Source: Octopus bimaculoides
Lineage: Eukaryota
NCBI RefSeq assembly: GCF_001194135.2
Contig: NC_068993.1
Location: forward strand, 660,796 to 696,940
DNA: 36,145 bases
Direction: 5' to 3'
In this document: positions 11,211-21,694 of the stretch, one piece after another
Numbering within the stretch: the stretch's first letter is position 1
Layout: the number at the start of each line of letters is the position of its first letter
Translations under genes and position numbers: made by a program
The notes under the pieces: model-generated
Databases searched by the model: none
What the model was told of the DNA's origin: nothing
What the model saw: the letters and a program-made list of their open reading frames with translations, nothing else

Positions 11211-14200
11211 TGTGAGAAAGTAAAAGAGGGAATGTAGTGTAAAAAAGTAGTTGTAGGGGCAGGCAATGGCTCTATCTTACCTTATGTTTAATGTACGACA
11301 AAAGGGCATCCCATATGAGTGTAATAAAACAGACATAAACAACACGGAACCTGGTGGGCAGGAAGTAGAAGTTGATGAATTGGGACGGGGGCCAAATTAA
11401 CCAATCCATCTAAAATAAGAAAAAAAGTTTTGTCAGTAATAATAACAATAATCCTTTCTACTATAGGCACAAGGCCTGGAATTTGTGGGGAGGGGGATAG
11501 TTGATCACATTGATACCAGTACATAACTGGTACTTAATTTATTGACCTTGAAAAGGTGAAAGGAAAAGTTGACCTCAGAATTTGAACTTAGAACGTGAAG
11601 ACGGACAAAATGCCATGAAGCATTTTGTCCAGCATGCTAATGATTCTGTCAGCTTTGCAGCCTTAATAATAATAATGATAATAATAATAAGTCTGGAAAT
11701 GAAGACAAGAAAGTGGGGTTTGAAAAGAGAAATAATCTCTCTAAGAATGGATGTCTTGGGAATGGTTCCAGATGATGCAGAGAAAGGCATAACCAAAACG
11801 CCAGGACTTACAGATCCATTCACCACATAAGGAAAGCGACAGAAGCCACGGCACACATTACACACCATAGAGGACAATCAATGAGGACAATCAATGAGGA
11901 AATCACTCTTATGTGTGCACGGTGTTCACAGCTGCACTCAATGGTGCAGTGAAATGATGCTGCAAGAAATGAAATAATCATGGTCTCTGACATGAGATGG
12001 TTTTTGTCTTTAATGACCCGAGGAGATGAAAGGTAAAAGTAATAATCTCAGCAGGGTTTGAACTGAGAATATGAAGGTAAAAAAGCCAAAGATTGTGAAT
12101 TATTTTTGTACACTGTTCTATGAAACTCTGTTGTTGAATGATGGCAACAATGATAATGATTCTTATAATAGTCATTAGACATATGTACATATGCTATCAC
12201 AGTCTTTAACACAGGTACAAGGCCTTTAATGGTATTTTGGCCCTTTAACAACTAACCAGCTGGTAGCCATAGTAAGCAGTCATCAACCAATAGACCACAA
12301 TTTTAGTCTAAAACAGACACAAAATCTTTTACTTGAAAAATAATGAATAAACTATAAAATATTGAGAATCTGTGATGCCATGAATCGGTGGATTCTATTA
12401 GTTCGGGTTCCTCATAGATCCTATCCGGACAGTTTCTCTCCATGGTGCAGATGACAGCAAGTCTTAACAGTCAACCAGGCAACATGTCTCCTTTCCTACC
12501 CCTGTCATTGATACCAATGTTGTTCAACAGAATGGCAAGGTTGATGCCACTCGGCACCAATGGTATTTGCAAGTGAACTCAGGTTGCTGAACCAAATATC
12601 AAAACAATTTTGTCCAAGAAGGCATCACATGTTCCATGGGGCATCTCCCCCCCACCACCACCACTTGGCCAGTGAAGAAGTTATTACATGAATCCAAAAT
12701 TAAAATGAAACAAATTAAATTAATGATAAAAACAAGAAGGTAGCAACGGTTGTGGTCTTACCATATAAATGGTGAGGAATTTTTCCTTCAGTTCTCCGAC
12801 AGCAACTTTCCAACCTTTTCCTTCCAGTAATGACATACCTAAACATGGAGAACATAGGGTAGACATAAGGTACCAACATGTTTTATCATTTATTTTTGTC
12901 TTATACAATGGTGTATATTAGAGCAGGCCTACATACAGTAGAGATGTATATACTACAGTTGGGGTGTGTATCATTGTAGCGTGTGGCTGGACCCGACAAC
13001 TGACTAAGAAAGAGCAAAGAGACAACACGTTCAATATTTGATGAAAGAAGAAGAGAGAACTGACCCACTAAGAATGTTGTACAGAAATACGGCGCTGCCA
13101 CTGCCTGGTCACAACAAATCTTCTTCAAGACCGTTATTCCTGCAGTTCCGACTAACATTTTATCAAGGAACGTATACCAAAAATGTGTGGCTGGACCCAT
13201 AAACAGGCCAACGGTGAACATTCGACCTGCAACAGAGGAAATCAATAGGAAAGCGATCAATGTATTGAACTCGTTTATGAAAACAAAAAAATTATTTTGT
13301 CTGGGTGGAAATAGGTGAGCAGAACTAATATAAAAAGGGTTATATACTGTCATTTTAGTTCTGTGTGTGTGAATGAATATATTACACCAATAAAAATATT
13401 TACTAAATTACTTCAATAAACTTATTAATATTTCTGCAGGTTAGGGCATCGAGCTGGCAGAATCGTTAGGACGCCGGGCGAAATGCTTAGCAGTATTTTG
13501 TCTGTCTTTATGTTCTGAGTTCAAATTCCGCTGAAGTCGAATTTGCTTTTCATCCATTCAGGGTCAATTAAATAAGTACCAGTTGCGCACTGGGATCAGT
13601 GTAATTGACTTAATCCCTTTGTCTGCCCCCTCTATGTTTAGACCCCTGTGGGCAATAAAGAGATTAATATTTCTGCAGGTTTCTTTCATGCATACACACT
13701 CACACCAAACTGAGTTTGAGATATTCTGCAAAAAGTAAACACCTGACCACTGTCCAATTATGATGCTCTTTTCTGACAAAATATTAGTACTGCATTCTCT
13801 TTCTTTCATATCAGAACAAACTTGATCTGATATACACCTTTTTGCGAAGTAACCAGTTAGCTTTCAGAATTCTCTATCACACAGACATGCTGTATCCTCC
13901 TTCTGTCATTTGTATAGCTACTACGGCAGCCACTGCTCTTGTGTCACCTTTTGTCTTGTGCCACCCTTATTAACCACAACACCCAGTCCTTCTTCCAGAA
14001 TTTCCTCCCTTTTGACTCTTCAAGTGTATAAATTATTTTTGTACATAATTCAGAACAATGTGAATGAATAAGCATTTGACAGAGTAATGTAAATGCTAAA
14101 GGGTTAAAATTGGTCCCAATTTCCAGGGTGGGAACATCAATAAATTATGAACCGAGTCATTTGTACAACTTTACTTTAGATAAATGTCTATGTATATTGT

Positions 14201-15415
14201 GGTCCACATCCCCAAATAACGAGTATTTCTGTGAAGTCTTTCATTCAACAACTTATTGACTGCAACATCTACACATTCCATTGATCTTTTTTCTAACTCT
14301 CTGCAGACAATTCTTCCCTAAAAAAGAAAAAAAATCAATTTTCTCCCTAGCAACTAAATTTATTTCTATTTACCATTTGCCGGCACCAAACGTAAAGTTT
14401 TTTTTTTTTCATATTCTACTTTTATTTCCTTTTCCATGTTCTACCTTTTTCTTTTTTACTTTACAAAAGACTTCATCCATTTAAGTCGTGCATCCATCGA
14501 AAACAAAAATTTTCTGCACACAGCGTAATTAACTGCATTAGTAATTAACTGCATTAGTTTCACCTCGTTGTCTTTGGTTTCCAGTCTTGCTGGAAGATAC
14601 TGCTCCAATAAAAAAAAAATTAATTACATGCTTTAAATGTACATTGTGTACTGAACCTTGGGAATGTATTAAACACATCAAGCACACACACAATTAACTA
14701 CAGGTTTCGTTAGATTTGTATTGCTGATCATCACAAACCTTACAGTCTAGTTATGGCCGTAACGGCACTTGGCTGTTTCTATTTTCTCAGCCTCGCGGTC
14801 ACCGACGATAATGCCACGAGTATTTGTGGTTGAAAGTTTTTAGAGGAAAATAAAATTAAATGAAGTCGAAGAGTGAATTTTCTTTTTTTTTGTTTATTTT
14901 CATTGTTTTTATCAATTTTGTAAATTACGTATTTTCGTAAATAAAATACGTTTCTTAAAAGAAAAAATACCAACATTGCAATCTAAATTGTATTTCACCG
15001 ACGAAGGAGAAAAGAAATCCTTTAGTGACCACGTTGCACCAACTGTTTGCTGTTCAGGTTGATTTAACCTTTAATTACACGTGGACCGTCAGCAGTGTCC
15101 CTCTAATTACAAATGATTTTTTTTTTAACAATTATGAATTCGAAGCGTTAAGTCTTGTTATATATATAAAAATATATTCCTATATACATAGTTTCCCTTA
15201 TTACTGTCAGTAAAATAAATATTTTCAACTTGCATCACCTTACCTGTCCGAGGCCAATCATATTTAAAAGTTGAAGAATCGTGTCCCAAATGTTCGATTT
15301 TCTGAGTGAAAGCATCACCAACAGCCAACAAACCACCGCATGTGACCGTATTAGTCAACAATAAATATTTACTAAACAACTTCTTTACAACGTTACGTGT
15401 CTTGGACAGAGCCAT
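10468..15415 (-). CDS. MPV17L2: Mpv17-like protein 2 (Mpv17/PMP22 family, mitochondrial inner membrane); 5 coding exons, 600 nt, 199 aa
   Basis: Hand-spliced with GT-AG introns and consistent phases (172+162+77+129+60 nt). Product: MALSKTRNVVKKLFSKYLLLTNTVTCGGLLAVGDAFTQKIE...[28 protein letters not shown]...LKKICCDQAVAAP...GMSLLEGKGWKVAVGELKEKFLTIYMMDWLIWPPSQFINFYFLPTRFRVVYVCFITLIWDALLSYIKHKDKSYQKQDALKEQDAMKMS*. Family motifs (GD..Q, GP..H.WY..LD, K...DQ, DW.IWP..Q.INF.F.P..FRV.Y, W...LSY.K) fit the MPV17L2 subfamily. Confidence 0.92.
10640..11176 (-). mobile_element. Internally deleted Tc1/mariner transposon (DD37D/maT-like) filling most of MPV17L2 intron 4
   Basis: HPVSIMVFGVITSDGDVMPPF and AYIKCLEEVVLPWVKRVAAGRPYLWQQDSAPCHTSRRTQPWLSDN in two frames; terminus TA|CAGGATGCAATGGGTAAATTG at 11176 abutting a (TA)n run; other end lost. 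Confidence 0.85.
11281..11409 (-). CDS. MPV17L2: MPV17L2 exon 4 (129 nt; not in ORF track)
   Basis: Acceptor tttttttcttattttAG at 11411-11410; encodes MDWLIWPPSQFINFYFLPTRFRVVYVCFITLIWDALLSYIKHK; donor AAG|GTAAGA at 11280. Confidence 0.93.
11452..11664 (-). mobile_element. SINE family A in MPV17L2 intron 3
   Basis: Reverse complement of the family A head, core and tail. Confidence 0.85.
11690..11975 (+). mobile_element. 3' remnant of an R4/Dong-like (RLE-endonuclease) non-LTR element sitting in a (TAA)n tract
   Basis: LEMKTRKWGLKREIISLRMDVLGMVPDDAEKGITKTPGLT resembles the C-terminal 'W.LK..IIP...GALG...K......PG' segment of these elements; begins right after (TAA)n. Confidence 0.5.
12762..12838 (-). 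CDS. MPV17L2: MPV17L2 exon 3 (77 nt)
   Basis: Acceptor tgtttAG at 12840-12839; encodes (G)MSLLEGKGWKVAVGELKEKFLTIYM; donor ATG|GTAAGA at 12761. Confidence 0.92.
13065..13226 (-). CDS. MPV17L2: MPV17L2 exon 2 (162 nt)
   Basis: Acceptor ttcctctgttgcAG at 13228-13227; encodes (G)[22 protein letters not shown]...FCTTFLV(G); donor G|GTCAGT at 13064. Confidence 0.92.
13444..13662 (+). mobile_element. SINE family A in MPV17L2 intron 1
   Basis: gagctggcagaatcgttaggacgccgggcgaaatgcttagc...gttctgagttcaaattccgc. Confidence 0.9.
13874..14015 (-). mobile_element. Old LINE fragment homologous to 29300-29500
   Basis: Shared blocks cagacatgctgt(a/g)tcctc, gccactgctc, cttgtgtca, cccagtcctt. Confidence 0.5.
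14526..14557. repeat. 16-bp tandem duplication TAATTAACTGCATTAG x2
   Basis: Direct reading. Confidence 0.9.
15244..15415 (-). CDS. MPV17L2: MPV17L2 exon 1 (ATG at 15415; 57 codons + 1 nt)
   Basis: ORF 15158..15415 up to ...DWPRT-G; donor G|GTAAGG at 15243. Confidence 0.93.
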
Positions 15416-15872
15416 GATCTCGTGCTAGAATTGGAGTTTGTGCAAAGTTTGTTGTTCTCCGAATAATTCTGACATCTTCGTGTCGCTTAACATTTCTGTC
15501 TTTGACACCAAGTTCCGTTTAGCAACGCAAGGGACGTAACTCTAACATACTCCTAATTTATACTAATTAAAATGGACCGATAATTAACATTAAACTTGGA
15601 GAAGATAGAGGTAATTAACACTAACTATAATTGGACTGGAGGAAGATGGATAATTAACATTAATTTCTGTTGAACTGGACAAGTAGAGGTAATTAACACC
15701 AATCATGAGTTTTGCTTTCTTTAGCTGTTTTTTTCTTTCTAAATTTTATTTTCAGTGTACGCTGAGTTAAACAGTTGGTCATAGGTCCCAAATACCTTGG
15801 TATTTGAATTAAGCTATGCTTTTGAAACATGTAGTGATGTTTTAAGCTATCCATTTGTGTTTGCTTACTTCA

Positions 15873-16245
15873 TATCATCATCATCGTCGTTTGACATCCG
15901 TTTTCCATGCTGGCATGAGTTGGATGGTTCGACTGGGATTTGGGAAGCCAGGACGCTGCACCAGGCTCCAGTCTCATCTGGCTAAGTTTCTGCAGCTGGA
16001 TGCCCTTCCTAACACCAACCACTCTGAGAGTGTAGTGGGTGCTTTTTTACATGCCACTGGCACAGGGGCCAGAGGGGGCTGGCATCGACCACGATCGGTT
16101 GGTGCTTTTTACGTGCCGCCGGCATGGAAACCAGTCAAGGCAGCACTGGCATCGGCCACATTCAGATGGTGCTTTTTAAGTGCCACCAGCAGGATCACAA
16201 CTACAATTTCCATTTGATTGTGATTTGATTTGATTTTGATGTATA
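15873..16245 (-). mobile_element. RTE-type 3'UTR / RTE-tailed SINE copy
   Basis: tcatcatcatcgtcgtttgacatccgttttccatgctggcatg...ggatgcccttcctaacaccaacc...tttttacgtgccg repeats; same family as the 3' part of the 3425-5260 LINE. Confidence 0.75.
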
Positions 16246-16249
16246 TATA

Positions 16250-16782
16250 CGAGGGTGAGTCAAAAAATAATGCCATTTTGTTTAGGACAGGTATAATTAT
16301 CATACATCAAAATGAAGCTGGTCCTCTGTGGATCACATCCCTACTTCTCAACATAGTCACCGTTTCCCTCAACAGCAATGTTCCACCTTCGAATGAGAGC
16401 ATGTATCCCTGCCCTGTAAAATTCTGTTGACTGTTCTTTGAGCCACTTCTTCACGACAAAGTCAGAGACAACACCTTTCGAAGGCTTGTAACAGGTGATG
16501 AAACATGGGTTCATCATTATGAACCAGAATCAAAGAGGCAGTCAATGGAATGGTGCCACTCTACGTCACCACCACCAAAGAAGTTCAAGATGCAAAAGTC
16601 AGCTGGAAAAATCATGGCAACTGTCTTTTGGGATGCTCAAGGTGGCATTCTGGTCGATTTCTTGCCAAAAGGAAAAACCAATAAACTCATAATGAGCTTC
16701 GTTTTGATGTATGATACATGTTCCTTTGTTGGTAATTATATCTGTCCTAAACAAAATGGCATTACCTTTTGACCTGCCTTCG
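16250..16782. mobile_element. Rearranged DD34D mariner (irritans/Hsmar2-like) carrying two right ends in inverted orientation, TA on both sides
   Basis: 16250-16460 reads on minus VVKKWLKEQSTEFYRAGIHALIRRWNIAVEGNGDYVEK* plus the 3' end; 16460-16690 reads on plus FRRLVTGDETWVHHYEPESKRQSMEWCH...KSAGKIMATVFWDAQGGILVDFLPKG; 16694-16782 is a second 3' end on plus. Confidence 0.85.
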
Positions 16783-18424
16783 TATGCTAGCATGGAAAGC
16801 GGATGTTAAACGATGATGATGATGTGTGTGTGTGTGTTTTATCATTTATTAAATGATAAAGAGGAAGATGTATATGATTCAGATAAAGTTTCAATAGTGT
16901 TTGCTGCAAGTAATAATACTGAACATATTGATTAAATACATTCCTGGAACCATTTAGTCTCAGGGAAAACTAATTTTATGATAAAATCAAACAGATATCA
17001 CCCTTAGATTTTCATGAGAAGTCACTAATTTATGAGTAAAAACATGTCGATAAGACTTTCTAAACTAAACTATTTTTCAAACTCATACCAAAAAGACAAT
17101 GGGATGGAGAAGAGTGGTGGGAAATGTATTGAGAGTGTAGTCATTCAATTACATCTGTTGGTGTGATGAATATATGAGAAAGTAACTACAATAAAAAACC
17201 TCATCAACTGAGGCATCGCCCTTAGTCATTTATCTCAACTCCAGAACTTAATGCTCAGATATTTATTTTATTGATCTCATTTTGTTGAACCAATATGAAG
17301 CATAAATAATATTCTATCAGCAACAACATGCAACTTCAAAATCCATTTCATGACCAGGTCATCTTTGGCTAAATTCGTAATCCCATTGGGCTTGGAAGGA
17401 TTGGAAGCTCAGCAGCACTAAAACTAACAAAATAATGACACTAGTTGTCATCAACCCACCACCAATACCACACCTGCACTGAGAGAAGGTAGCAAGGTGA
17501 ACCATGCAACTGCAGCACTGCTCCCACCCCTCTCTGCAATCAGATTAGAAAAGGTGATCAAAAACCACATAGCACCACCTTTTTTTTTTTTTTTTTTTTT
17601 TTTTTATAGATAAAAAATCTGAATGGAATTTTCTGTAAAATCTGGACTCTTGGTGGTTTCAGCTATTGGACTTTGGCCTCACTGGGTCCACCACCTTCAA
17701 GGGTTGCCCCTCAATAACATTGACCATATATTTTTTTCAGTCTTGAACTTATTTCATTGATTCCTACTTTCCAGCACTGGTAAGTTACAGCACATTAAAA
17801 GACACCAGTTCCGTAAGATTGGTTCTTCGGCATAAACACACAGGTAGACGTATAAAGATGTGTGTGAATGTGTATACAAGTACACGTGACCTAGATTCCT
17901 TGACATGCTGAGAAGACTCCCTATAAATAGCCAATAGCTTCTGTTGCCAAGGTAACCTTATCAATGGAGGTGGGTGTTCTGCAAGTAAGGCAACCTCACG
18001 AAAAACAAGGTTTAGAAATATTGAGGAACCTATAACCTCTACTAGTAACAAAGGGTTTCTATGTCAGTGTAAAAGGGCAGATTGTATATTTTCACAAGTT
18101 TGGGAAGACCTTCAAGGGCCATAGAAATGGCCCCTAGCTCAATGAATTAACAGAAAAAGGAAAACTATGACAGTGATTTTAGGGTCGGCGTCATATCAAG
18201 ATGACCTTGTGTAGTGTCCTATATATTGACTTTGGGCGGTGACCTTCATTGTAATTCTTCGATGTTCTCATGTTCCATAAAATTAGTTAATACTGCAACA
18301 TTCAATGGGAGATAACTCCGACTTTAATAAAGTTCTCTCCCTTAATGACTACATTGATTAATTTGTGATTTCTCTTTAGTCCCCGACTAAATGATTCGAT
18401 AATTTAACAATATTGTTATCGATT

Positions 18425-18625
18425 AAGGCGGGGAGCTGGCAGAATTGTTAGCATGCCGGGGAAAATAGTGGTATGTCGTCCGTCTTTACGTTTAGAGTTC
18501 AAATTCCACCGAGGTCGATTTTTGACTTTCGTTCTTTCGAGATCGATAAAATAAGTACACTGCAGTCGATTGAATCAACTTACTTCTCCCAACGAAACCG
18601 TCGGCCTTATGCCAAAAATTTAAAA
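18425..18625 (+). mobile_element. SINE family A (fragment follows at ~18670-18780)
   Basis: aaggcggggagctggcagaattgttagc...gagttcaaattccaccgaggtcg. Confidence 0.85.
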
Positions 18626-19064
18626 CCATTATTATTAGTTCGTAAATTAGTATTAGTTCATTTGGCACAATGTTGAGGGGAAATGCATTGTTTTAGGTTT
18701 CTCTTTACAGTTTAAGTTCAAATAACCCAGAGTCAATGTTTGCGATCGATAAAATAAAAGTACAAATCAAGTATATATATATAATTTTAAACTGTTGCAG
18801 AATTTCAAAGGGCACATGACCCCATTTATCAAATATGTTTGTCAAGTTTCTGCAGTCTCTGGTGGTTTCTGTACCTGTTCAGGCTATCACTGAAACCAAA
18901 AAGCAACTCAAGGTCTTGCTTCTGTTCCGTAGCCATCTTCCCATTTGTGACCAAATTATTTTTCATCTAATGTTAGGGTTTAGATATTCAGATCTATTTT
19001 GCGTTATTATTAAATCGTCTCTGTCATGAAATTCTAATTAGTTTTAATTCTGGTTTCAAACTTT

Positions 19065-19240
19065 GGCACAGAGGAGAGGTTAAAATCAATTACATCAACT
19101 CCAGTGTTCAACTTATTGACCCTGAGAGAGTGAAAAGCAAAGTTGACTTTGGCGAAATTTGAACTCAAAGCATAAAGACAGACAAAATACCACAAAGCAT
19201 TTTGCCTGGTGTACAAACGATTCTGCCCGCTCACTGCTTC
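19065..19240 (-). mobile_element. SINE family A
   Basis: Reverse complement core: gaaaagcaaagttgactttggcgaaatttgaactca. Confidence 0.8.
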
Positions 19241-21159
19241 AGTTTTAATATCAGTTTATATAAACTAAATTTTTAGTGAGTTTAAAATCCATTTGGAATT
19301 TAAGTGTTTCGACACAAATTACAAATACCCAGTTTTTTTTTTAATATTCTGATTTTCTGAGAGGCACAACCATAGAAGTACAAAATCACTGAACTATTTG
19401 GTTTTCTGTTAAAGATTAAGCTATTTTAAGTGTGTTTTTAGGACTGAGTAATCTCAAGTGATAAAGGAATAAAAGCTGGAAAGTTTGGTCTCTTGGAGAA
19501 TCCGCTCACGAAGAAACAGAACTGAACTGCTGAAAGCTAACTAAATCCTACTTCTCAATGCGGAGTTGTTTAACCTAGGTCAGACCAATTATTAAGATAT
19601 CCCAGGCATGTCCCTCCTGTTTCAAGGGCGTATCTATAACGGATATGTCTATTTTCAAACAAAAGGGTATTATTTGGCTGCTATGTCTAGCAACTTCACA
19701 AGGGATTTCCATTTGTTGAATCCTCAATTCTAAAATGTTCAGTGGTACCCATTTACAGCTACATCAACTGAGGTGAATTTTTTTTCTTCTGAAAATGCCT
19801 TATTGTAAAACAGGGAACTCTTCACGAGTGACCATGAAACTGTTCAGCTGAGTTGGTTTGTCCAGAACTTGAAAAGAATTCAAAGTGTCCAGTAGATGAG
19901 TTTTATCAAGCAGGTTCCATATCACAGTCTTCGATTCCAGTTGACAATGGGATTGAGAGATACAAAAACAATATATGCAACGGAATCAGAAGGAAAGAAT
20001 CACCACAAAACGTAGACTCTTGAAGACTTGAGCTATTGTTGAGGAAACATCTGAATACAAGCAAGGATTATCTCAAACGGAGATAATTAAAATCAAGTCA
20101 AGGTTTAATTAAAACGTTTCATTCAATTATAAAGATAATGAGAACAGAGACAGTAATAAGCTTTACAATGTTGCAGCAATGAAAAGAGTTTGGCATCAAT
20201 AGTAGAAGTCTTCGATATACACAATCGATTACAGTAAAATTAGCAGCAGATTGTGGTCGTCAGTGGATTTAACGATTAACCCAGACATCCGATTAAATTT
20301 TATGATTTTCTTTTTTGAACCGTTTGGGTGTGATACAAGGCAAATTTGGCTGCTATTTCTAACAGATCAAACGATCATTTAGTGGCCCCCTTCATGCTTC
20401 AGTTGAGCGAAATCAAAATTACTCAAGATGTGTTGCCACTATAATTTCTATACAAGACAAAGTCAATGTAGAGAACTTTACCAAGTTGTGCTTCTTTGAA
20501 AGGGAGAGGAAAGACAAGTGACCAATTTGTCATAGTATGGTTCCAAAGAATATTTTAATATGCATATTGACTTCTTTGGTAAAAATCGCCCAGTTAGATA
20601 TGCCATGTGATGTTTCCAAACTCTGAGTAAACTCAGGAGAGGTTATTAAAACAAATTTATCTTTGGAAGAGCTGAATGAAATAGCATTTTTTATAAAATT
20701 TTTCTAATATCCAAACGATTCTTCAAAAGTGGCCAATCTTTATGAATATCAAGAGAAGGATGAGACTTGATAATTTAAAAGTGAGGATATGATTTCCCCC
20801 CAAGATGAATTATTTACAACTTAAGTTACATTATTCCAAGGTTTAAAATATTAACAAGACACCTGGACATGATGGAATGTGAAAGACTATCAAATCTTAT
20901 ATTTAGTTTGCTAACAAACATGAAATAAAAATACAGATTTAAAGATACAAACATTTTTGTGAAATTTCAAATAAAATAAAAAGAAATCAGGAAAAAATTG
21001 CAAATAAATTTTTTTAAAAAATGTAAGAATAAATTATATTAAGTTAAACATTGTAATTTTTCCTTTGTAATAACAAAATTAATCTTCCACTGGAATAATG
21101 GTTAAATAACAATGTTAAAAGAAATATAAAGTCAGAAGATTCAACCATTTCTTTAAAAA

Positions 21160-21655
21160 NNNNNNNNNNNNNNNNNNNNNNNNNNNNNNNNNNNNNNNNN
21201 NNNNNNNNNNNNNNNNNNNNNNNNNNNNNNNNNNNNNNNNNNNNNNNNNNNNNNNNNNNNNNNNNNNNNNNNNNNNNNNNNNNNNNNNNNNNNNNNNNNN
21301 NNNNNNNNNNNNNNNNNNNNNNNNNNNNNNNNNNNNNNNNNNNNNNNNNNNNNNNNNNNNNNNNNNNNNNNNNNNNNNNNNNNNNNNNNNNNNNNNNNNN
21401 NNNNNNNNNNNNNNNNNNNNNNNNNNNNNNNNNNNNNNNNNNNNNNNNNNNNNNNNNNNNNNNNNNNNNNNNNNNNNNNNNNNNNNNNNNNNNNNNNNNN
21501 NNNNNNNNNNNNNNNNNNNNNNNNNNNNNNNNNNNNNNNNNNNNNNNNNNNNNNNNNNNNNNNNNNNNNNNNNNNNNNNNNNNNNNNNNNNNNNNNNNNN
21601 NNNNNNNNNNNNNNNNNNNNNNNNNNNNNNNNNNNNNNNNNNNNNNNNNNNNNNN
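21160..21655. other. Assembly gap (496 N) in the proximal brat 3'UTR
   Basis: N run bordered by A tracts on both sides, about 40 nt downstream of the brat stop. Confidence 0.99.
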
Positions 21656-21694
21656 AAAAAAAAAAAAAAAAAAAACCAACAAAAAACATTTCTT

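Noticed and set aside
10424-11266. 280-aa minus-strand ORF
   Set aside because: Chance read-through of a (TA)n run, frameshifted mariner pieces, and the MPV17L2 intron 4 acceptor and exon 5 in another frame
19780-20260. Coding-like composition with short open frames
   Set aside because: Multiple stops in every frame and no recognisable homology; could be an unidentified decayed element
21656-21676. A tract next to the brat stop as a retrogene polyA scar
   Set aside because: On the brat coding strand it is polyT/U, not polyA
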